From: Chrysemys picta bellii
Lineage: Eukaryota
Direction: 5' to 3'
NCBI RefSeq assembly: GCF_011386835.1
Contig: NC_088791.1
Location: 255,378,001-255,442,000 of the forward strand
DNA: 64,000 nt
Position 1 is the stretch's first letter; every line of letters begins with the position of its first letter. The notes beneath the pieces are model-generated. The model made no database searches and was not told the DNA's origin. It was given only the letters and a program-made list of their open reading frames with translations. Both the position numbers and the translations under genes were made by a program. Positions 36,014 through 47,389 of the stretch are shown piece by piece.

Positions 36014-38164
36014 CTTCACAACTGTTTTTGTCCTGAGCACTCTTGGCTTGAAACAAATACAGATTTCTCACCAAATGAACCAACATGACTTTTAGAAAGT
36101 AGAGACTGTGTGAAAGCATGCAGAGTAATAGTAAGTTTATTCTCACTGTAGAAACAGCCTGAGTCAGGCTTTAAAATAAAGACAGGCAAGAGAAGGAGAA
36201 TGTCAATGACTCTAGAGGCTTCAACAATAGACAGAGGTGAGACGAATTCAGCCACATAAGATAGTTCAGCCTAACGTATAGGAGTTAAGGAGAGGAGGAA
36301 AAGCTAATGCAACAAGGAGACATAAGGAGGGGGGAAGCTATTAGTGCTATTCTCACAAAAGGAATGGAGATTAAAAAGTTTGGAAATGGCTCCAGTTTTG
36401 AAACAAGATGGATACCACAGGAGATGACTCATTATGTGGAAACAAACAATAAATTTTTACATTTATTCCTATTTATTTGAGCATATAATGGCTTTGCATT
36501 GTTTACCATGCACTCATTGATAGAAACAGAGATGTCTTGTGCAAATAAATGCTGTATGAATTCTGTGAGTTTTGGTATCCTCAATAAGTTTAATTAGGTG
36601 CCACTGATTTTTTACCAGGGTTAATTTCAAATTTGCCATGTTAAATCTATCAGCTAAAAACAAATCAACAGTATTTAAAAAAAAAATTATTTCCCACATT
36701 AATTAATTCTAGCCCTTTTTATGTATTTAGCTGAACACATTTAATTGCATTTTTAGTACATTAAAGTTGATGTGGAAAAGTTTCCACAAGTTGTTTGGAA
36801 CATTCAGTTTTCCGATCTACGCAAATGTAGGGGAAAAAGTAAAGTGCACACCCTGAAATACTTTGGCATTAGAGGCAGATTACCTACATCCTTTGAAATT
36901 ATTTTTGTTTAATTCTCTCACCAGAGAAACCTCATGATACGACAGCAATATTGTAACTACAAATTGAAGTCAGCACCTGCTAAACAACCTCACTATTTTA
37001 ATCACCTATAAATATTCAAAACTTTTTTTTGCAAATCAAAGATGCAGGTCTTTATAATGGTTGTGAACAACAATGGAATGAGTCTTACAGTTCACTAAAT
37101 AAAACATGCATTCCATAAAATGAAGTCAGAAAGACATGTTTACTGCAACAATTAGGAATTCTGGAGGCACCCTCCAGAATTAAAGAAAAGACTGTTAAAT
37201 TTGTACAGGCTGCAGTACAACAACATACTCTATCTACATCTAAGTCACCAAAATCTAAGGTAGGAACACACCACAAATATTATCCTTGCTTGTTTAAATA
37301 ACATAAAATTGTGTGGGTCTCTTAAATGCAAATGCATTCATTTTTTATTGTTTCTATTGCCATGAAAACAGAAGTTTATTTCCTAAAGAATACTTACATA
37401 GAGCTACCTTAGACCTGTCTCTAAATAATGCTGGTTTGCTTTGGGATCTCTCAGTAACACCATTATCATTACTTATATTTGAGTGGTTAAAACATAGGTT
37501 CTTGTGTTGTGCACTTTTTTAAAACTCAAAAGAAATAACCAATAACCCCTCCTACCCTAGAATCAAGACTGGTTTTAGATTTTCCACAGGAGCCACAAGA
37601 TTCCAGTAAAACTCCAATGATGGGAAAATAATGGAAACTTTAACTATGAATGCTAATATTTTTTACTTTTAAACCTCTCTTAGTCCCCAGAGATACTAAC
37701 ATTTTTTCCTACTTTCTCCTAACACTTCATTTAAGCACAAAGGCACAAATCCTGAGCTAATGCCCAGCCCACGTAACCCAGCTGAGTTTTGGCCAACTGT
37801 GCAGGGGAGAAACCATGTCACCTAGGAGGCAGAGAGCCTACAGAGTCACTCCACAAAGACTACTCTAGCCTAGAGGGCTGAAATCGTAGCCACAGCAAAT
37901 ATGGAGATTCCTTAGAGGAGGAGTCAAAGACTGGTGGATCTGCATAGTAGTGGGTCTTCTGGCCTCTCCCCATTGGAGCTGTGAGCCTCTTTCAAGCAGA
38001 GCTCTACACAAGGGGTGCTAAACGCCCGAACAACCTCCCCAACTCTTGCTCCCATTTGCACAACAGATCCCCACCAGCTCCACTGCCAGTGACCCACCAC
38101 AGACAAAGAGGCAGCTTTTGCCCTAAAATGACTTTCCATAAGGGAAACAAAACAAAACAAGGGC

Positions 38165-38775
38165 CAACTCCCTTTTTGAAAGTGGTGATGATGTTAGTAT
38201 TAAGTAAGTCAGCAAGGATTTCTTCGGTGCTCCAGATTTTGAGGAACAGCAAGTGAAGCTTGTTAGTCAGTGTTTCTCCCCCACTTTCGTACTTCAGCTG
38301 GTATGCCATCAGAGCCTGGTGCTTTATTGTACTTCATTTGTTTAATTGCTTTGCAGACCTCCTCAGGTGTTGGTGGGTTGGCAAGAGTTTCCCAGACTGG
38401 GAGTTGAGGGATGGAGTTGATGGTGTCGTCAATCACAGTTGATTCTTGATTTAGAAGCTTTTGGTACTGTTCCTTCCAGTGCTCTTTGATGGATTCATTA
38501 CCTTTCAGAAGAGTACTACCATCTTCGGATTTCAGAGGTGTGTGAGGCCACATGAGCTTGGTCTGTACAGGGTCTTTGTCTCACAAAGTAACTCCGCATA
38601 TCACGTCCGTCAGCGAATGTTTGGATTTCATTTGCTTTGTTTTCCCACCATTCGTTTTTGAATTCTCTGATCCTCCTTTGAACTTCAGCTTTGAGCTGAT
38701 GGAAAGAAGTCTGCTTCTGACTGGATAGAATGCATGCCTGAAAATGCAGGGCTAGAGTAAAAGGGGACTGGGCTT
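38165..38775 (-). mobile_element. RTE-clade LINE ORF fragment (EN-RT linker and start of RT), pseudogenised
   Basis: LKAEVQRRIREFKNEWWENKANEIQTFAD; PLKSEDGSTLLKGNESIKEHWKEQYQKLLNQES; PPTPEEVCKAIKQMKYNKAPGSDGIPAEV; IWSTEEILADLLNTNIITTFKKG, spread over three frames. Confidence 0.85.
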
Positions 38776-38779
38776 TCAC

Positions 38780-39093
38780 TGTTAGACCCTCTGGGAGATG
38801 AAAGATCTGAACTGTTCACAGACAGTTGTTATCCTCTACTTCCCTCATGGGCAGGAGAGGGCGAGAGAGAGGATTCAGAAGTGAGCTGAGTGCTAAGGGT
38901 AGGCTAAGGAGGGTCCACTCTGAGTTACAGGTTATATGGCAGGTAGCCCTGGATCCTCCAGTGGACCTAGTTAAATGTATGGTATACAGGAGACCAAGGG
39001 GGAAGGTGGCATATTGCCCCCAGTCTTAATAAAGTAGCAGGCTGCGCCAAATCCCTGTATATCATTCATCTGTGTCTCCTGATCAATATGACA
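38780..39093 (+). mobile_element. Solo LTR (314 bp)
   Basis: TG...CA termini (tgttag...atgaca), aataaa at about 39028, 5-bp flanks ttcac / ttcat. Confidence 0.55.
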
Positions 39094-39107
39094 TTCATGT
39101 ATTAGGC

Positions 39108-39260
39108 CATGGAATAACTTCCCAAAGGTAGAGAAGTTAGGGACATTTAAAACTAGATTGGATTAAAAAACAGAAAATATACTATAGAAAACTTTTTTAT
39201 ATTGGCAGATACATGGACTAGATGACCTAACAGGACTATTCCATCTCAACTTCTAGGATT
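39108..39260 (+). mobile_element. Old CR1 3' fragment
   Basis: tggaataacttccc...tttaaaactagattgga...tggactagatgacctaacaggactattccatctcaacttctaggatt. Confidence 0.6.
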
Positions 39261-39413
39261 TTAAAGGAAATAAAGTTTCATTTTCAGAGTCATTACAGAC
39301 TTCCCAGAAAACACAAAATTGACTTGTCACTTGTCACAAAATAGTTTGTCATTTTTGGACACTTTCAGGGACATCATGAGATATGGATGTGACTGAGGGA
39401 CTGATCTCATATA

Positions 39414-39698
39414 GGGTAGGTCTATACTTACCTCCGGGTCCGGCGGTAAGCAATCGATCTTCTGGGATCGATTTATCGCATCTTGTCTGGACGCGATAAA
39501 TCGATCCCGGAAGTGCTCGCCGTCGACACCGGTACTCCTGCTCCGCGAGAGGAGTACGTGGAGTCGACGGGGGAGCCTGCCTGTCGCGTCTGGACCCGCG
39601 GTAAGTTCGAACTAAGGTACTTCGACTTCAGCTACGTTATTCACGTAGCTGAAGTTGCGTATCTTAGTTCGAAGTGGGGGGTTAGTGTGGACCAGGCC
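39414..39698. mobile_element. Harbinger/PIF-type MITE, young (CpG-rich)
   Basis: TIRs gggtaggtctatact / agtgtggaccaggcc, flanks ata/tta; perfect 16-bp stem 39464-39479/39493-39508 and a 12-bp stem cttcagctacgt/acgtagctgaag. Confidence 0.85.
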
Positions 39699-42267
39699 TT
39701 AGAGACATGGTGAAGTGTATTTAACAGGAAAGGGCTAAGTCTTGAAACCACAGTACTCACAGTAGAAAGGGGAGAAACAAAAAACACACAGAACTTTAAA
39801 AATGGAGGGGGAGGGGTGATTCTCCCAAAGAAAATAACAGTGGTCTCTCAGAAGTGAAACACTTTCTTCCAAAATCCTATGTTTGCTTTTATCTCTTCAT
39901 CTGCTGCACTCAGCAGTCTAACATGCAGACTCAGGTCCTTGTTTCAGATGATGGGGACGATGTTCAAAAGTAGAGGAAAGGAGGGGAAAAAAAATAAACA
40001 GGGAAAAAATGGCCTTCCACCTCCTAGAGGAATACAGTACTATTAACATATGGAGGGAACACATTCAATTCTTCACTCCCCATCCCAACTGAATGGGTTG
40101 CTCCCATCAGAGCAGGCAGATTCTGGAGATCCTGCTTTCCCTAAAGTAGCCACTTCTGGAAACAAGCCTGGCAGATTTGAATGTAAGAGTTCTCATACTG
40201 TAAGATGTAATATTTCTGCCAGATTTGAATACATGTTGCATGAAAGCAGAATTTGTCACTGTTTAATGACAGCTTGTTTTGCATCTCAAAGGGTCAGATC
40301 ATCACTGGTCCCAATGCAGCGATGCAAGGAAATATGGTTCCTCTTGATCTCCTTATGTGATAAGGACTGGTGTAAGCACTAAGCAGGTTTTGCAGGGCTG
40401 CTGCTCCCACCTATAAGCAAGTGGACTGAGCCTAAACACTGATGAAATGGGGATGGAGAATAAGCTGCACCCTGTAAAGAACTGCATAAATTACTTCTCC
40501 ACTGGAGCAAGGGGAACCAGAGAAAAACAATTCCTGAGAGTCTCAATTCCTTCCAAGGGCTCCTACTAAGATGGTGTAGCTTTGTGCCACCTCTTATTCA
40601 GGGCTTCGGTGCAAAGGCTCAATCTAGCTCTAACTGATCAGTAACAATGTTTAGTACTTTTTGAAAATGAAGACACTATTTTGCCTAATAGCAGCTCTGG
40701 TTTATTCTGCATTGCGGCAAATTCCCACTTACTAAAACAAATACTAAATATTGGAAATTGTAGCAACATGACTGCTATTTCTGTAAAAACATCTTTAAAC
40801 AGACTAGTTAACCTAACACTGCACATACAAATTGGCAGAAGTCAAATGGAATTATGCCTATATACATCAATTGAGGATCTGGCCCCATATATTTAAAATA
40901 AAATAGTTACCACTAACTATTTAATGCTGAATAACGCTTTCTTGATATTTTAACTTCTGATAGAGCTAAATAGGCTTTTATGAGTGTCACAGTGAAGGTG
41001 GTACACTTTACTAAGAGAGCTATTAGGAAGCTACTCTGGGGAAAATGAATGATAGCGCAAATCGTGGACAAGTCCTGACTTTCATATGGCCATTAAATAC
41101 ACGTCATTTTCAACTTGATGTCACTACTTGCCCTCCTGTAACAATTATTCTCAATGTCTTTTCATCTGTCCCACACAAAAAATGATTGCTTCTGCTTTAT
41201 TTAATCCTCCACTTACATCTACTCTATTGTTTGCCTGTTTCCCTTTCATCTTCTCCACATTAATTCCCCACATTGCTTTTGATCTAGCTTTTTTGTTTCC
41301 TTTTTCCCCTACAGATTCTTCCTGATGAAGAATTTGCAACCATAGTGTTGCAGCTAATGTGCAGGGTGCTATTTTATTGATTTTCTACCACCTACACCTA
41401 TTTGTTCTGTATAATGACTAACATTACACAATAACCACAGTACTGGTTGTCTATGGATACTTCTTGGAAAATAACCACACAGTCAAAAAAAAAAAAAAGT
41501 TCAATTTTGTAGGTAAATATTCATGCTTAATTAAAATTAAAAACAGCATATGCAAACAGCCAGGAAAAACAAACATTTTTTCTCTACCATCCTGATAATT
41601 TTTCTTTGGCATAGTGACACTTACTGGCAAGCCAAGTTAACAGAATAATTCGCAATTTTCACTGCTGCTAAATAAGAAATAGGAATCCTCTCTGGGAACA
41701 TATCTATATTGTTGTAATAAATGTCCATAGAAGCAAACTAAAAACTAAATTATTTATCTCCATGCAGAAAGTCTGATATTGGTGGAACTAGAGAGGCTGA
41801 TCTTTGTGGCTATAATCCTACAGATACAACCCTTGGCATTTGACTCTACTGGAACAGGTTTTAACCTCTTCAGAAGCACCGGAACATTTGTTTAAAATGC
41901 CACTTTTCAGGTTTAAATAATTTAATATTATAAAGTTTTATACCCCTGCTTGTAATGCATCTGATCTTTATTACAGACAACTTTAAAACTTACTCAAGCA
42001 CATGTTAATACCTAAAAGAAAAGGATATTGCAGGTTTTATGTAGGTATCCTAAACAATATTAAGTATACCATTATTTGAAGTAGTACAGGAAGCTAGTTT
42101 TTGCCAAAAGCATTGAATAACTGTTCACACCCATCCAAAAAGAAAACCCCTACCTGATTCATTGTTCAGTTTTGAAGTTAAAGAGGGAAAAAACCTCACA
42201 AACCTATTCCCATGGAAAATATAGTTCTACTTACTATACAAGTTTGTAACCCAAGTTAAATCATATA

Positions 42268-43371
42268 CACCTCTACCCCGATATAACGCGACCCGATAAA
42301 ATGCTGGTTCGCATACAACACGGTAAAGCTCTGACACGCTGCTCTGAACAGCGTGTTAAGGGTGCCGGGCGGGCCGGGGCCAAGGGTTGGATAAGGGGCA
42401 GAGGGTCTCAGAGGCGGTCAGGGGCTCCCCCCCCCCCCCAGGGTCTAGGAGGCAGGAACTGTGGGGGGCACTTTGGGGGGCCCCGCAGTCCCAGAGTGGC
42501 CTGGGGGATTAGCGGGGGGCTGGGAGCAGCCCGCACCGCTTCCCTCGCCCGGGCCCCAGCCGTGTTGCTCAGGGGAGGGGGTTGGGGGAAGGGATCCCCC
42601 CTGCACTCACCAGCGGTGGAAGCGGAGCAGCCTGGCCCCAGCCCACTCCACTCCGCCAGCTCCCAGCCGCGACACTCCGCTTCCCACCGCAGGTGAGTGC
42701 GGGACCTTTCCCCAACCCTCCCCTTCCCCCAGCGACACGGCTGGGGCCAGGGCAAGGAAAGTGGAGCAGGCTGGGGCCACGTCGCTCCACTTCCCACCGC
42801 TGGTGAGTCTGGAGGGCATCCTTTCCCCCGCCTCCCTGCACTCACTGGCGGCGGGAAGCGGAGCACTGCGGCTGGGAGGTGGCGGAGTGGAGCAGGCTGG
42901 GGCCGCAACGCTCCGCTTCCCACTGCTGGTGAGTGCGGAGCGCGTCCTTTCCCCAATCTCCCCGGACTCACCGGTGGCGGGAAGTGGAGCAGCCCGGCCC
43001 CAGCCCGCTCCACTCCGCCAGCTCCCAGTGAATAAGGGGGGGGGCATCCTTTCTGCACTCTCCGGCGGCAGGAAGCGGAGCGCCGCGGCTGGGAGGTGGT
43101 CGAATGGAGCGGGCTGGGGCCGGGCTACGCTGCTTTCTGCAGCTGCTAGTGAGTGCCTGTCGGGGGTGTGGGTGGTGTGGATAGGGGTCGGAGCCGTCAG
43201 GGTACAGGGAGGTTGGGTAGGGGGTGATTAGGGACGGGGGTCTCTGGAGGGGGCGGTCAGGGAACAAGGAACGGGGGAGGGTCAAAGCAAGTTCGATATA
43301 ACGCAGTCTCACCTATAATGTGGTGAGATTTTTTTGTCTCCCGAGGACCGCGTTATATCGGGGTAGAGGTG
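42268..43371. mobile_element. Tc1/mariner (Tigger-like) non-autonomous element, 1104 bp, GC-rich repetitive interior
   Basis: Perfect 23-bp TIR cacctctaccccgatataacgcg; TA on both sides (42266-42267, 43372-43373). Confidence 0.9.
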
Positions 43372-44628
43372 TATTTAAAAATCTATAGCCCACACTTTGT
43401 CAGCTTACAAGAATAAATAATATTCAATACATCTCTATCTTTCTGAATGACATATGGACTGTGAGGCCTAAAGCAGCTGGATGCATAGGTTTAAATCATT
43501 CGGTTTAAAACTACTGCCTTGTAACTCTTGTTATTTTCTGTTAGATGCTGTGGGGGAATTTACCAGGGACTAAAGAACATACAGATATTTCTACTATATG
43601 CATGATCTTTACAAACACTTGTTTCACTTTTTAAAAAAAGTTTCCTTTCATTACTAGTGCTAGCAGTATTTCCTATTGTAAGTGCACTATCTTTCAAACA
43701 GAAGAACATTTATGAATACCCACTGTAGTGAAATATTCCTGTACCTATGAATGCAGATTCTTATATGGCTCTTAATTTGTACTTCCAAAACTCTAATAAA
43801 AAATGAAATTTTTAAAACTAGATTATTCTTGCAAATTATGTACTCTCTATAAATATTAGCAACTACATATAATAATTTCACCACAAACAAGATAGAAATC
43901 TGTTGTATACCTGTGCACCAGTTCCTATAAAAATATGCTTTGATGTAACAGTGGCTTCAAATCAATATATTCTATTTACTATAAGATTTCATAAATGATT
44001 ACACTGACTACAGAACAATTACTGACAGAAAATACAATTTTAAAAGGCCTCGCTTGTCTTTCGCATACAAAATTATGTAAAGTAACATTAAAATAGACAT
44101 TCACAGTTAATTCAGACACCTAACTCTTTCTGCATTTGTACTGCAGAATAAGTGACACATTATCATACTCTGCAGGTAAAACTTGATAAATTGTGGGAAA
44201 TAGGCAACAACAACAAAAAAGTTGTTAATTTGTATTACAATCTTAAAATCCATAGACTCTTCACAGAAAACTGTAAAATATTCTATTAGGAAAAAATCCA
44301 GATTACAGGTCCCAGGTTCTGTATTTCTCTTTGCCTGTTCTTTGTTGTTAGGGACATCCGCATGCAAACAGGACCTTTCCTCTACATGTTGTGGAGATTA
44401 TTATGATGTCACAAACAGGATTATGACTTCAGATGGAAAAAAGCAGTAGGAGCAGTTTATCTTCTAAAAACTAAGAACCTGTTTTCATGCAAACATCCTC
44501 GGTAAATAAAAAACAGGAAACAGAAATTCAATAAATATGAAACAGCAAGAGTTGTTTCAATACAGAATGTTTTCCTAAAAAGTTTTCTCTGAGAAGTAAG
44601 CATGTCTAATATTATTATTTGTATTGCA

Positions 44629-44704
44629 GTAGTGCCCAATGTAATGACCAGGGCATGGAGATCATGGTAGTGCCCAATGTAAGGACCAGGGCATGGCGGT
44701 CATG
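44629..44704. repeat. 38-bp tandem duplication at the left edge of an LTR-like element
   Basis: gtagtgcccaatgtaatgaccagggcatggagatcatg / gtagtgcccaatgtaaggaccagggcatggcggtcatg (35/38 identical). Confidence 0.9.
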
Positions 44705-45111
44705 CCTAATGGTTAGAGTCAGATGCCTAGCCGAAGGTCAGAGTTAGAGAGAGAGCGTCAGAGGTGAGGCATACGAACAGGGAGCTGGAGTGAAGCAGGA
44801 AAACAGAAATTGGGGAAACAGATGTGGGGTCTGGGATAAGGAGGACAGGAACCAGGAGCAGGTGGGAATACAGGCCGCAGAAGTCAGGTAAGCAGGAGGG
44901 GTCCATAGAAGCACCCAGCCAGGGAATCCTCTGTTGCTGGAACAACTTTGTGTGCCTTTTCCTTCTTTAAACAGAGCTCCTCACAGCCAGCCATGGTACC
45001 GGATGTTTCCTCCAATCAGGGGCAGGGCCCTCTGCAACCTAGCACTTCGCTGTTTCCCTTCTCTTTTTTTCAAAATTCTTTGGTTCTTTTGAGGTATAGC
45101 CTAATATTACA
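44640..45111. mobile_element. Putative LTR remnant (Gypsy/ERV-like)
   Basis: TGTAAT...ATTACA inverted termini and purine-rich cagga/gtcag repeats; no convincing TSD. Confidence 0.35.
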
Positions 45112-46427
45112 CCTCACATCTAATTTGTGCCCTTTTTTTCTTCCTCTTATATTTTGTCTCTTGACAAAAGAAGGCAGAACTGTTTCATACCAATGATAAA
45201 AATCTGATCATATTTTTGGAATGAAGGCACGAACACAGTTTGCCGAACCACTGCATCTTGTAGTTTGGTTTATCTGTTCATAAAGATCCTAACTACAAAA
45301 TGCTCCTTGTTGACATAATTGCTATTTGTTTAGCAATCTTAAATTTTAGAATGTTTCATAAGACTGACTGAGGAGGCTCAGATGGATGGAAAACTGAAAT
45401 TTGAAGAACTTTATTTAGATTCCACAATGGATAACTGTTAACATAACTCTTATTTAGGAGGGAACATTGCAATATAAGGCTGTGCCAAAATGAATCCTAG
45501 TTTAATGCTTGCGAGGTATAGCAATCATGACTTCCTCTTTTAGGAAACCGGCTGAATCTATTGAAAAATCTATAATTTTAACAATTCCAGTATGTGCTGG
45601 CTTTTTGCCTACATTGTCTTGATCCCATGTCTTTACACCAAAGTCTGCTTCTGAGTCACATTCTAACACAGACCCTGTTGACTGAGTTCTTCTTGGAGGA
45701 CATCATGGTTTCAGTCACTCTATAAAATAAACCTATGTTATACTTAGTTGCCTCATCTCAAGAGCCATGCAGACAGGAACATCTTGGAGACTCAGATGTA
45801 GAATTGAATTTTGTGTCAAGAGGTCTCTTCTTGGAGGCAGAGGAAGTGAAAACTCCACCTCAAGTTTAGGAAACTACAGAACTAAAGTCTTCCTAGCCAT
45901 TCAGGAGCAATTGGAATTACCAGAACTTCACCTCAAGCTTCTGAACTGTTATTTGAACTAGTCCAATGACTAAAGAAGCAGAAAGTAGTGCCTTTTTCAT
46001 TTCTGTGCTGTGATTTTTCAGGTAGCAAGTACTGTAACAGCTTGATTTTCACTGATGCTGAGTATCACAATACCACTTCAAATAAATGGGAACCGCTGGT
46101 GCTCAGCAGCATTGGAATCAGGTACCAGGGACTGAATGCTCAAAAAGAGATAGAAATCAATGCAAGTTAGGAGCCTAATTCCTTTTAAGCATTCAGCCCC
46201 AAGGCTATAATCAATTTCCCAAAAACTTATGGTTTTCATGAATGTGTCTACATAAAGATTAGAGTCCCCTTAATCCAGCCTCTCCATGCAGAGTCCAATT
46301 TGCCTGGGAGTTCTGCATGCCATTCATGAGAATAGCTCATAGACAAAGAAGATTTCTCTGCACATAGAAAACTACCATTTGTATTTCCTTGGAGTGACTG
46401 GATGATTGTGACTCTTCTTGCCTGTTT

Positions 46428-47010
46428 ACAGAAGGTTCTGGAACAGCCTCCCAATAGGAGTTTTTTGGGAAAACAACCTAATTAGTTTTAAGGTACAGCT
46501 TGATAAATTTATGAGTGGGACTGTAAGATGGGGTTGCCTAAAGTAGCAAGGGGCTTACGTTCAGCAGCCCTGGAAATCCTTTCTGGTCCTATGTCTTTAT
46601 TTCCTTTATTCACTTTCTCAGATGCTTTGCTGGTGGGTCTTGCTCACAAGCTCAGAGTTTAACTAGTCACCATTATCAGGGTCCTGAAGCAATTTCCCCC
46701 CAGGTCAGACTGCCAGAGAGCCTGTTTTTTTGTGTTGCCTTCCTCTGCAGCATGGCGCATGGGTTGCTTCCTAGGATCATATGGGTATATCTCACCATAT
46801 CAATTCTCTGCCACTGTGGGGGGCCTTGGGCATTGGTATACCTCAGTTGTCCTTTTTCTCTGCCTGTGGCATACAATAGCTTAGTCTTCTAAAGGCTATA
46901 ACGCTTATTTAATCCAGGTTATTGGGCTCCATACAGAGGTACCTGAGTGGAATTTAGTGGCCTGTGATGCGAGGGAGATCATACTAGACACATTGGTGAT
47001 TTCTTCTGAC
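46428..47010 (+). mobile_element. CR1 3' end with long 3'UTR
   Basis: tggaacagcctcccaatagg...cttgataaatttatgagtggg...; ends tactagacacattggtgatttcttctgaccttagactccctgactctat. Confidence 0.65.
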
Positions 47011-47389
47011 CTTAGACTCCCTGACTCTATAAGGTGCTCCCTTTGTGATCTGGCACAGGTCATATTCCTTGTGTAAGACTGGCTGCTGTTGGGCTCCCCA
47101 ACATAAAAAGCTGGCAACTGTGATTACAGATATTCTCTGCGGTTCCAGCAGCAGACGACTCAAGAGAATCTCCAAGAAACTTGTTAATAAGAAATCAAAG
47201 GAGGAATAGAAGGGGTTTTCAGCGTACCACTACTTTGATAGAACCTGCTTGTCCTTGTTCCTTGGACGAAAGCCAGAGAGTGATTCACTCTCCACACTGG
47301 TCAATGGATGGAGCCAGAGACTGATGCATTCTTTTCAATCAATCAAGATATTTGGCTTCAGGAAGGCTGGGAAAGGTATCGACTCTGAA

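Noticed and set aside
42301-43312. Overlapping ORFs of 74-256 aa on both strands
   Set aside because: Stop-poor GC-rich repeats inside a non-autonomous Tc1/mariner element; low-complexity peptides with no transposase DDE/DDD motif.
15653-44704. Two separate 38-bp two-copy direct repeats as a CRISPR-like or common-mechanism signal
   Set aside because: Unrelated sequences, no spacers, vertebrate genome; the equal length is coincidental.
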